Positions 1-10,320 are shown, counted from the stretch's first letter. The stretch: DNA of 15,120 nucleotides from Armatimonadota bacterium (GCA_016235455.1 JACRKZ010000044.1:1-15120); one strand, 5' to 3'. The notes: generated from the sequence alone by a model not told the origin. A program made the numbers and translations.

Positions 1-50
1 GGCAGATAGCAGAACAGCTCCCCTTGCCGCGCCGGTCGCCGACCCATCAT
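1..50 (-). CDS. N-terminal fragment (MMGRRPARQGELFCYL...) of a probable IS1182/IS5-type transposase, truncated by the window edge
   Basis: AGGAG RBS 7 nt upstream of ATG at 50, frame open to position 1. MMG...Q-x-x-LF-x-Y resembles the usual start of these transposases (from recall of the family). Only about 16 codons are visible. Confidence 0.55.
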   Translation of the reverse strand, partial: MMGRRPARQGELFCYL

Positions 51-137
51 CGCTTGGCTCCTGCCAAGTGATTCGCCGCCCTCGCCGGCAGTCCTTGGGC
101 GACCAGGGGTTCTCTTGGCGGGTTTTCGGACAGAACG
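1..137 (-). mobile_element. Probable left end of an IS1182/IS5-type insertion sequence extending off the left edge of the window
   Basis: Minus strand reads GTTCTGTCCGAAAACCCG (136-119), resembling IS1182-type terminal repeats (CTGTxxAAAA). It is followed by GAATCAC, an AGGAG RBS (62-58) and ATGATGGGT opening a transposase-like N-terminus. The right end is not in the window, so the exact boundary is uncertain. Confidence 0.55.
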
Positions 138-173
138 GGGGCCGGCTGTGCGCCATGGGCATCGCGGTTCGCC

Positions 174-1334
174 TTACCCGCCGTTGACCATCAACGACAG
201 GATGCGCATGGCCGTGCCGGTGCTCTTGGCATGGTGTGTCGCGGTCATCTTGATGGTCACCCGGTGTGCGCCGGCTGCCAGATCCTCGGCCAGCAGGCGA
301 TGCACGGGCCGGTGGAACATGCCGCACCACGGCTCATCGTAGAGGTCCACCGTCTTGGGCGCCGCGCCGTCGATGCTGTAGGTGATGGTGCCTGCGTCGA
401 ACCCGGCGATCAGGTACAGACCGATGGCGGTGCCCCCGAAGCCGTAGGTCAGCTCGGCCTCCGGCTCGGTCGCCTCCAGCACGTCCACCGGCGGAGCGAA
501 GTTGCAGGTCTTCTCCGGCGCCCAGCCGGTATGCATGGCGAAGCCCCGGACCACGGTGGCTGCGCTCGGCGCCACCAACTGGCCGTGGTCATAGCACAGC
601 GGGTCGAGCGGCGCCGGCAGGGCCGCCGTCACCTTGGTCGGCCCCGGTTTGGACCAGGCCTGGTCGAGGAAGCTGCGGTACCACTGCGCATAGAGGTCGC
701 AGCCGCGCTGGGTGGGATGGACGACATCGCCCGAGAACTCGGTCCACTTGAGCCGGCCCTCCTTGATGTAGCGCGCCACCTCGCGGTAGAAGAAGAGCGA
801 GGGCAGGGCATAGTGCTCGGCCACCTGCTCGTGGTCGCGCACGATGCCGGGGATTGTGCCCTGGTCCGCGTCGGCCACATGCGGCGTGCTGGCGAAGTAG
901 GTCAGCAGGATGTCGATGTCGGGGTTCAGCCGCTTGGCCTGGCGGACGATGCCCTCCATGGCGCGCACGCCGCCGCCGTTGACGGCGAACTCGAGGAAGA
1001 ACAGGTCAACCTTGCCCCGCGAGAACACGTCGCGCGGCAGCCGGAACGCGCCCAGGTTGGCATCGGTGCCGCCCACGCCAGCCATGATGAAGTCGAACTG
1101 CGCTTTGGGGAAGCGCGCCTTCAGCGCCGCCATCACCGGCTCGCGCCACGACTGCGTGGTCACCGAGCCGCCCATGAAGGCCACGCGCACCGGCCCGCCG
1201 GCCTCGAAGCGCGCATAGCTGCGCAGCAGGTCACCGCGCATCTGAAAATCAGAGAAGGTGTCGGTCACTTGCGCTCCACCTTTCGCCATCAGGGCCAGGC
1301 TCAAGGCCAGGGCCATCGCCAGCCGTCTGTGCAT
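174..1334 (-). CDS. Secreted SGNH/GDSL-family hydrolase (esterase) with C-terminal beta-sandwich domain
   Basis: Signal peptide MHRRLAMALALSLALMAKGGA; block I FMGGSVT; block II GVGGT; block III EFAVNG; block V DVVHP; GGAG RBS 7 nt upstream. Confidence 0.9.
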   Translation of the reverse strand: MHRRLAMALALSLALMAKGGAQVTDTFSDFQMRGDLLRSYARFEAGGPVRVAFMGGSVTTQSWREPVMAALKARFPKAQFDFIMAGVGGTDANLGAFRLPRDVFSRGKVDLFFLEFAVNGGGVRAMEGIVRQAKRLNPDIDILLTYFASTPHVADADQGTIPGIVRDHEQVAEHYALPSLFFYREVARYIKEGRLKWTEFSGDVVHPTQRGCDLYAQWYRSFLDQAWSKPGPTKVTAALPAPLDPLCYDHGQLVAPSAATVVRGFAMHTGWAPEKTCNFAPPVDVLEATEPEAELTYGFGGTAIGLYLIAGFDAGTITYSIDGAAPKTVDLYDEPWCGMFHRPVHRLLAEDLAAGAHRVTIKMTATHHAKSTGTAMRILSLMVNGG

Positions 1335-1394
1335 CGTGCGTCTCCGCGCCCTACGATGCCACAGGGCGGTGCTCGTTGACCAGCCTGGGCGTCG

Positions 1395-3119
1395 TCAGCC
1401 CGTGAGCGCCTGCGCCTCGTGCAGCCGGCGGTAGACGCCCTCGCTGGCCAGCAGTTCGGCATGGCCGCCCAACTCGGCGATGCGCCCGCCTTCCAGCACG
1501 ACGATGCGGTCGGCGGTCTGGATGGTCGACAGGCGGTGGGCGATGACGAAGGTGGTGCGACCGGCTTCGAGCCGGGCCAACGCCTCCTGGATGAGCGCCT
1601 CGGACTCGGTGTCGAGCGCGGAAGTGGCCTCGTCGAGGATGAGCACGCGTGGGTCGCGCAGCACGGCGCGGCCGATGGACAGCCGTTGGCGCTGGCCGCC
1701 CGAGAGCTTCACGCCGCGCTCGCCGACGCGTGTCTGGTAGCCTTCGGGCAGCGCCTCGATGAAGTCGTGCGCGTTGGCCGCGCGCGCGGCGGCGACCACC
1801 TCGTCATGCGTCGCCTCCGGCCGGCCGAAGCGCAGGTTGTCCTCGATGCTGCCGTCGAACAGGAAGGTGTCCTGGAAGACGATGCCCACCTGCGCCCGCA
1901 GCGAGGCCTGGGTCACCGCGCGCAGGTCGTGGCCGTCGAGCGTGATGCGCCCGCTGGTCGGGTCGCTGAAGCGTGCGAGCAGATGCACCAACGTGCTCTT
2001 GCCCGCGCCGCTGGGGCCGACCAGGGCGATCACTTCGCCCGGCGCGGCTTCGAGCGTCAGGTCGCGCAGCACCAGCTCGCCCTCGTTGTAGGCGAAGCTG
2101 ACGTCCTCCACCCGCACCCGGCCTTCGACGCGGTCGAGTACCACGGCGTCCGGCGCGTCGGCTACGGCCGGCTCGATGGCCAGGAAGTCGAGCACTCGCT
2201 CGGCTCCGGCCAGCGCGCCTTGCAGGCTGACATTGAGGCTGACGAAGAAGGCGGTCGGCCCGAACAGGCTGCCGAGCAGGAAGATGAACGCGATGAGCAG
2301 GCCGGGCGTGAGCCCGCCGGCCAGCACCATGCAGCCGCCCGACCAGATGACCCACAACATGCCCCCCCAGGCCGCGAAATGCGTCATCATGCCCGACCAG
2401 CCGCCGAGCAGTGTCTGGCGCATGCGCCTGTCCAGCACGGCGCGGAAGACTTGCGCGAAGCGCTGCGCCTGCCTGGGCTCCTGAGTGAACGACTTGGTCT
2501 CCCGCACGCCGGAGATGGCCTCCTGCACCTGCCCCGAGACCTCGGCGGCCTGCTCCTGCACAGCGCGGCCGACGCGGCGCAGCGGCTCGGCGAACAGGTA
2601 GACCGCCAGGCCGAACAGCGGCATGACCGGCATGGCCCGCCAAGCCAGCGCGGCGTTCATTTTGAACATGGCCACGAAGCAGACCACGAAGCGCAGCGCG
2701 TTGGTCACGGTATCGGCCAGCGTGGAGGTGTAGAGCGCCTGCATGGCGCCCACGTCGTTGGTGAAGATGGACAGCAGCCGGCCGCTCTGCTGGTCGGCGA
2801 AATGCGCCAGCGGCAGTGTCTGCAGATGGCCCAGCACGCGGTCCCGCAGGTCGACCAGCGTGCGTTCGCCCAGCCAGGTGAACACATAGGACCGCGCCAT
2901 GTTGACGAACGCCGTGGCGATCATCGCCGCCAGCCAGCCCAGGCATACAAAGCGCAGGGCGGCATAGTTGCGCGAGACGAAGACGTCGTCGAGCAGCACC
3001 TTCTGCAGCCACGGCTGCACCAGGTCGAGCAGCGTGCCGCCGAGCGCCAGGCAGAAGGCGAGCACATGCACCCGCCAGTACGGCGCGGTGAAGGCCAGAG
3101 CACGGCGAAGGGTGCGCAA
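1395..3119 (-). CDS. ABC exporter, fused permease and ATPase (MsbA/Sav1866-like)
   Basis: N-terminal multi-TM domain; Walker A GPSGAGKS, Q-loop VFQD, signature LSGGQ, Walker B LILDE, H-loop IAHR. Start moved from 3173 to the in-frame TTG at 3119, which follows GAGAGG and avoids overlap with the upstream gene ending at 3148. Confidence 0.93.
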   Translation of the reverse strand: MRTLRRALAFTAPYWRVHVLAFCLALGGTLLDLVQPWLQKVLLDDVFVSRNYAALRFVCLGWLAAMIATAFVNMARSYVFTWLGERTLVDLRDRVLGHLQTLPLAHFADQQSGRLLSIFTNDVGAMQALYTSTLADTVTNALRFVVCFVAMFKMNAALAWRAMPVMPLFGLAVYLFAEPLRRVGRAVQEQAAEVSGQVQEAISGVRETKSFTQEPRQAQRFAQVFRAVLDRRMRQTLLGGWSGMMTHFAAWGGMLWVIWSGGCMVLAGGLTPGLLIAFIFLLGSLFGPTAFFVSLNVSLQGALAGAERVLDFLAIEPAVADAPDAVVLDRVEGRVRVEDVSFAYNEGELVLRDLTLEAAPGEVIALVGPSGAGKSTLVHLLARFSDPTSGRITLDGHDLRAVTQASLRAQVGIVFQDTFLFDGSIEDNLRFGRPEATHDEVVAAARAANAHDFIEALPEGYQTRVGERGVKLSGGQRQRLSIGRAVLRDPRVLILDEATSALDTESEALIQEALARLEAGRTTFVIAHRLSTIQTADRIVVLEGGRIAELGGHAELLASEGVYRRLHEAQALTG

Positions 3120-3147
3120 CGAACTGCCTCTCTGTTGGGTGCGGGTG

Positions 3148-5820
<2,673 letters not shown>

Positions 5821-5903
5821 CGCCGTCTCCCGCTGCGGGCCGTCGCCCTGGGAGTACTATGACGTGGTGGCAGCTCCCGTCACCGTGCCCGGCGTGGCTG
5901 GCG

Positions 5904-6329
5904 TCAGTAGCCCAGCATACCGATGGCGGTGCGCAGGTGCGCGGCCCACTCGTTGGCCAGCCCGACGGTGGTCGAGTTATTGGCGCGCGCGTCCTCGCTG
6001 CAGGCTGTGAAGACCAGGTGGCCGCGAACCAGGATCTGGGACTCGCCGCCCTTGGATGAGACGGTCACGTCGCTGCGGCTCAGGGGCGTGGCCATCAGGG
6101 GTTCCATACGCCGCTGCACGATGCCACAGCGGTTGATGGCGGTGATGCCGCCGGCGGCGACCCGGAAGTTGACGATGGGCACGCCCATCAGCTCATACAA
6201 CGTGTCCGACGCCCGGTTGGTCAGCGGCATGCCACCGTCGTTGTTGTCGGCCGCTACGGCCGGCGCCGCCAGCCAGAGCGCCGAGGCACAGGCCACACTC
6301 ATCAGCACCGTCATGCAGATCGGTTTCAT
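5904..6329 (-). CDS. Secreted hypothetical protein (141 aa)
   Basis: Signal peptide ending AAPAVA; GGAG upstream; natural-looking domain FRVAAGG...R...RM...ILVRGHLVFT...DARAN...LANEWAAHLR; third codon positions mostly G/C. Confidence 0.8.
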   Translation of the reverse strand: MKPICMTVLMSVACASALWLAAPAVAADNNDGGMPLTNRASDTLYELMGVPIVNFRVAAGGITAINRCGIVQRRMEPLMATPLSRSDVTVSSKGGESQILVRGHLVFTACSEDARANNSTTVGLANEWAAHLRTAIGMLGY

Positions 6330-6463
6330 ATCATGGTTCTCCGCCCCGCCGCGCCGCCAGTGGCGGCCGGTTGGGTGTCAGGCTCATCATGCGCTCGCCC
6401 GACACCGGCGGCCATGGGGGCAGGTGTGGGTTCTCGCGGGCGGACCTGCGTAGATCGGGGCGG

Positions 6464-6964
6464 CTACAGCCGGCGCAGCACGGCGTAGAGGAACGGCACG
6501 AGCCAGTCGAGCTGCCACAGTCCGAAGGCCATGACCCCGGTGATGAGCATCCAGGCCACGCAAGTGGCCTGCCGGAAGCAGAGCATGTAGTCGAGCAGCA
6601 CCGGGCGCAGGTCGGCGGCCGGGCCGGAGTCGTGGTGGGCGCGCCGGAGCTGCGCCCACTGGGCCAGCCGCACCTGCGCCGAGGCCACCAGCAGCAGCAG
6701 GCTGGCCGACAAGCCCGAGACCAGCGCCAGTCGGCGCGCTTCGCTGATGTCCCCGCGCCGCGCCGCCTCGCCGTAGCCGTCTCGCTCAACCCACACCAGG
6801 CAGATCACGATCACCAGCCAGGCGGTGGACAGGAAACTGACCCAGCGCACGCCAGAGAACCGCTGCTCTAGGGCCATGGGCACGTGACCGGGCGTGCCGC
6901 AGCTGCCGCGCTCGGCGTTCGGGGCCTGCTTGTTACAGATGGGGCAGACGAAACCCTCGGCCAC
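6464..6964 (-). CDS. Hypothetical membrane protein with N-terminal C-x2-C-x11-C-x4-H putative metal-binding motif and about 3 TM helices
   Basis: In-frame GTG at 6964 with GGAGG 6 nt upstream (preferred over 6994); CPIC...C...H cluster; hydrophobic stretches WVSFLSTAWLVIVICLVWV, LALVSGLSASLLLLVAS, VAWMLITGVMAFGLWQLDWLVPFLYAVL. Confidence 0.7.
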   Translation of the reverse strand: MAEGFVCPICNKQAPNAERGSCGTPGHVPMALEQRFSGVRWVSFLSTAWLVIVICLVWVERDGYGEAARRGDISEARRLALVSGLSASLLLLVASAQVRLAQWAQLRRAHHDSGPAADLRPVLLDYMLCFRQATCVAWMLITGVMAFGLWQLDWLVPFLYAVLRRL

Positions 6965-7231
6965 GCTGTGCCTCCGGCGCTCGCGGGCCAACACTTGAGG
7001 ATGCCGGGGGCAGCGCTGCCATCAGTATGTCACCACCGCGACCTGATGCCACCTGCGCTCGCGAGGGTTTCGGCAGAGTGGGGCACTCACCGCGCGGATC
7101 TACACCGCTGGCCCCGCCGTACTCAGGGTCTACCCGCTGGTGTGCCTGCTGCCATTGGCGCGACACTGCCGCTGGCAGTGGCGCGATCCGCATGGCGCGG
7201 TCGATGTCCGCGATGCCTCTGGAGAGAATCC

Positions 7232-8926
7232 ATGCGCAGACTTGCGCCGTTAGCCTTCACCCTCGCTCTGGTCCTGGCCTTGCCCAGTGTCGCCATGGCC
7301 CAACCCATTTCGGTCACGCTCGACGGTCGCCCACTCGGCTTCGACGGCGCCGGCCCGCAGATGGTCCGCGGCCGGGTCCTGGTGCCCATGCGCGGCATCT
7401 TCGAGGCGCTCGGCGCCGGTGTGACCTGGGACGGCGCCAACCAGATCGTGTCCGCCACGCGGGCCGAGACGAACGTGCTGCTCCGTATCGGCAGCCGCAC
7501 CGCGCAGGTCAATGGGCGCGCCGTATCGCTCGATGTGCCGGCCATGCTGGTGCGCGATACCACGATGGTGCCGCTGAGGTTCGTCAGTGAGAGCCTCAAC
7601 GCGCAGGTCGGCTGGGACGAAGCCAGCCAGACCGTGGCGGTCACCACGCACGGCGTCACCGACCCGCCGGTGGTGCCCCCGCCGACGACGACAACGGCTG
7701 TCGCACCCGAGATCAGCTCGTTCACCCACGATGCCGACCGCTGGCTGAACAGCGGCTCCACGCTGCATGTCGTGCTGCTCGGCACGCCCGGCGGCCAGGC
7801 CAGCTTCACCGTGCCCGGCCTGGTGAAGGCGGCGCCCTTGGTGGAAGTGGCCGGTGGCCGCTACGAGGGCAGTTGGCGGCCGACGAGCGGCCAGATCGAC
7901 TTGACTGTGGCCGGCGCGGCCGTGATCGGCACGCTGCGCAGCGGCACCCAGACCGCCGCCATCCAGTCGGCCCGCACCTTGTCGGTGGATACGCAGCCGC
8001 CGCTCATCAGCGCGGTGACGCCGTTGCCCGACAGCCAACTCGTGCCGCAGCCCATCGTCTCGGCGGTGTTCGATGACCGCGTGGGCAGTGGCGTCGATCC
8101 GACCACCGTGCGGCTGACGCTGGACAGCGCCGACATAACCGAACAGGCGGTGGTGACCAGCAGCTTCGTGAGCTTCCGGCCCGTGCGACCGCTGCCGGCC
8201 GAGGAGCATCTGGTGGCGGTCTCCGCCGCCGACCGCGCGGGCAACCGCGTCAGCCGGTCCTGGCGGTTCCGCACCATCGTCGTGGCTGACGGCGTGCGCG
8301 CCTTCCGCTGGACCGCGCCGGCCGGCGCGGGTCCCGGCGACACCGTGAGCATCACGCTCGACGCGCCGACCGGTGGGCAAGCCCGCTGCTCGGTGGGTAC
8401 GGTGGTGGCCAACCAGGCCATGCCCGAGGTGACAACCGGCCACTACGCGGCCGACTACACGCTGCGCCGCAGCGACCAGCTGGCACTGCTGCGCGTGAGT
8501 GGCACGTTCACCACGCGTGAGGGCCAGGCCTACACCTTCGAGGCGGAGAATCAGAGCGCTGTGGTGGCGCCGGTGCCGGGCACGACGTTGCCCGTCAGCA
8601 CGGCGCTGGTCGTGCCGCGGTTCACCTCGCCCAGCCCCGACACGCGCATCGGCGCGTCGGTGGTGTTGCGCGGCACGGGCCCTCGCAACGGCCGTGTGGG
8701 TGTGCGTGTGGAGTACGTGACCAAGGTGCTCGGGCTGCTGCCAGTCGGCGGCGCGCTGACCGAGGTGGCGGTCGATGTGGACCGCAACGGCAACTGGCAG
8801 ACCGCGTCGATCAACGTCGATACGCTGCTCAGCGGCGGCGGCACCACCTACAACGTGACCGCCTGGTCGGTGGGGCTCGACAATCAGCGCTCAGCGTCAG
8901 CGACGCTGCGGCTGATGAGGCAGTGA
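7232..8926 (+). CDS. Secreted copper amine oxidase N-terminal (stalk) domain protein with Ig-like beta-sandwich repeats (564 aa)
   Basis: ATG at 7232 with GGAG at 7221-7224; signal peptide MRRLAPLAFTLALVLALPSVAMA; stalk-domain motifs GRVLVPMRGIFEALGAGVTWD and TMVPLRFVSESLNAQVGWD; Pro/Thr linker; DTQPP...DRAGN Ig-like domain. No amine oxidase catalytic domain evident. Confidence 0.88.
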   Translation: MRRLAPLAFTLALVLALPSVAMAQPISVTLDGRPLGFDGAGPQMVRGRVLVPMRGIFEALGAGVTWDGANQIVSATRAETNVLLRIGSRTAQVNGRAVSLDVPAMLVRDTTMVPLRFVSESLNAQVGWDEASQTVAVTTHGVTDPPVVPPPTTTTAVAPEISSFTHDADRWLNSGSTLHVVLLGTPGGQASFTVPGLVKAAPLVEVAGGRYEGSWRPTSGQIDLTVAGAAVIGTLRSGTQTAAIQSARTLSVDTQPPLISAVTPLPDSQLVPQPIVSAVFDDRVGSGVDPTTVRLTLDSADITEQAVVTSSFVSFRPVRPLPAEEHLVAVSAADRAGNRVSRSWRFRTIVVADGVRAFRWTAPAGAGPGDTVSITLDAPTGGQARCSVGTVVANQAMPEVTTGHYAADYTLRRSDQLALLRVSGTFTTREGQAYTFEAENQSAVVAPVPGTTLPVSTALVVPRFTSPSPDTRIGASVVLRGTGPRNGRVGVRVEYVTKVLGLLPVGGALTEVAVDVDRNGNWQTASINVDTLLSGGGTTYNVTAWSVGLDNQRSASATLRLMRQ

Positions 8927-8939
8927 CCGGCGGCTCATG

Positions 8940-8969
8940 CCCGTCCGGCTCCGAGGGGAGCCGGACGGG
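8940..8969. terminator. Perfect 13-bp hairpin between convergent genes, probable bidirectional terminator or 3' stabilising stem
   Basis: CCCGTCCGGCTCC-GAGG-GGAGCCGGACGGG, 13 nt after the 8926 stop and 40 nt from the 9010 stop. No U-tract on either side. Confidence 0.6.
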
Positions 8970-9009
8970 TGCCGCGGGCTGGACCGCGGCGGGCCTGACT
9001 GCCAGCCGG

Positions 9010-9159
9010 CTACACGATACGTCGGCCCTGGATGATATTGATCAGCACGACCACCACCGCCGCCAGCAGCAGCAGGTGGATGAACCCGCCCATCGTGTAG
9101 GACGACACCAGGCCCAGCACCCACAGCACCACCAACACCACGAACACAGTCCACAACAT
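9010..9159 (-). CDS. lmo0937-family (DUF5670-type) small membrane protein, 49 aa
   Basis: Hand translation MLWTVFVVLVVLWVLGLVSSYTMGGFIHLLLLAAVVVVLINIIQGRRIV*; AGGAG RBS upstream; matches the recognisable MLW...LW-x-LG...GGFIHLL...IIQGRR family pattern. Not in the ORF track. Confidence 0.92.
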   Translation of the reverse strand: MLWTVFVVLVVLWVLGLVSSYTMGGFIHLLLLAAVVVVLINIIQGRRIV

Positions 9160-9292
9160 CGCCTTCTCCTTGGCTCAATGGGTAGCTGGCCGGCGGATGC
9201 CGGGCAGAGCGCTCCCCATGCCTGATTCTGGGGGCGCACCATGGTCCGGGGCCACGGGGCGCCCGTTGAGGGTCACGCGGGGATGTGCGGGA

Positions 9293-9326
9293 CTGCGGCG
9301 GGGGATGGCCTGCGGCGGGGGATGGC
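9293..9326 (+). repeat. Perfect 17-bp tandem direct repeat (2 copies)
   Basis: CTGCGGCGGGGGATGGC at 9293-9309 and 9310-9326, intergenic. Confidence 0.85.
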
Positions 9327-9445
9327 CCTACGCGGCACACCGCCCAACATGGCGCCGGCAGCCCACCGATAGAGCGGCCAGCCAAGCCGACGTCAGCAGG
9401 TGCTCGGCGCCGACCTGGCACCCGCCTGTCGCAGGCGGTCCGCTT

Positions 9446-9595
9446 TCAGCGTTGGGTTCGCCCCTGCACCAGGCGGACGCTGATCATCAGCGCCGCGGTG
9501 ACCAGCAGCACGGCGAACAGGCTCCTGAAGCCGCCCTGCGGGATGGCGCCCAGCGCCATGAGCAGGAGCAGAGCCGGGGCGATCAGCCAGAGCAT
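9446..9595 (-). CDS. Small membrane protein, 49 aa, divergent lmo0937-like paralog
   Basis: Hand translation MLWLIAPALLLLMALGAIPQGGFRSLFAVLLVTAALMISVRLVQGRTQR*; AAGGA RBS; starts 14 nt after the upstream gene stop at 9610; two hydrophobic segments; small hairpin CCGCCTG-TCG-CAGGCGG (9422-9438) just downstream. Not in the ORF track. Confidence 0.75.
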   Translation of the reverse strand: MLWLIAPALLLLMALGAIPQGGFRSLFAVLLVTAALMISVRLVQGRTQR

Positions 9596-9609
9596 GGCGG
9601 TTCCTTGGG

Positions 9610-10169
9610 CTACGAGTGGTCGTTCAGCCCGCAGTGGCGAGTCTGCGACAGCGCTTCGCGCATCTTGTCGCGGTCGCGTTGGGGGCCATGCACCACCACC
9701 ACGTAGCGGCCGGCGCGAAGCTGGTCTTCGTAGCTGATGATGCTGTCGCGCGGGATGCGCTCAGCCCGCCGATGACCACGGCGCTCTCGATGGCCGCGGC
9801 AATCCAGCCCACCAGCGGGCCCGCCGCAAACAGCGGCCCCACGCCCGGCACCACCAGGAAGGCCGAGCCGAACAGCAGACCCCACAGCCCGCCCCACAAC
9901 GCGCCGCGCTGGCCCCACGACTTCATGCGGTCACCCGCGTTGTAGAACCCGACGACATCCTGTTCGGTCTGGTAGTCCTTGCCGATGATCGACAGCCGCT
10001 TCATGTCGAAGCCGGCCCGGTTCAGCTCGCGAATGGCGTCCTCGGCGTTGAGGTGGGTGTCGTAGATGGCCACGACCGCGCTCTCCGAGCCCTCGTGCAC
10101 CACCACGGCCGCCGCGCGCACGGCGCTGGCGGGCAGGAGTTCTGGTGCGTTGACCGATGCTTCCGGCAT
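9610..10169 (-). pseudogene. General stress protein (YflT/17M-like, glycine-zipper membrane protein), frameshifted at about 9757
   Basis: GAGGAG RBS and ATG at 10169. VVAIYDTH...AEDAIRELNRAGFDMKRLSIIGKDY...WGGLWGLLFG...PGVGPL..AGPL...GGLSA is in one frame. The expected C-terminus IPRDSIISYEDQLRAGRYVVVVHG is in another frame ending at TAG 9610. Confidence 0.82.
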
Positions 10170-10320
10170 GTTGGTACTCCTCGTTGGCCCACCGACGCAC
10201 GACGCGCCGCTGACCCCTGCGCAGAGTCTGCGCCATGGCCACCCGCGCGCCAGCAGTGACAGTCCTGGTCCAAGCCGGCAGAATCCAGTAGATCATCCGG
10301 CGCACAGCCCGCCAACGCCA

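Noticed and set aside
6353-6367. Palindrome GCCGCCA-G-TGGCGGC upstream of the 6329 gene
   Set aside because: Short and almost all G/C; expected by chance at this base composition and without other support.
7040-7160. Possible riboswitch (AGGGTCTAC and GTGGGGCAC recall c-di-GMP or purine riboswitch fragments)
   Set aside because: The other required conserved elements (for example GCAAA plus GAAA tetraloop for c-di-GMP-I) are absent; an Rfam search would be needed to revive it.
6884-7231. N-terminal extensions in the ORF track (starts at 6884, 10066, 3173, 4684, 6994)
   Set aside because: Downstream in-frame starts have clear RBSs and, where relevant, place signal peptides or the FAD motif at the N-terminus; most of the extensions also overlap neighbouring genes.
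9042-9242. 66-aa Cys/Trp-rich ORF (RRRCCGLCSWCWWCCGCW...) resembling a metallothionein or RiPP precursor
   Set aside because: It is the shifted-frame reading of the GTG/CTG-rich lmo0937-like gene at 9010-9159, which has the RBS and family match. The His/Gln-rich 8923-9225 + ORF is the antisense shadow of the same gene.
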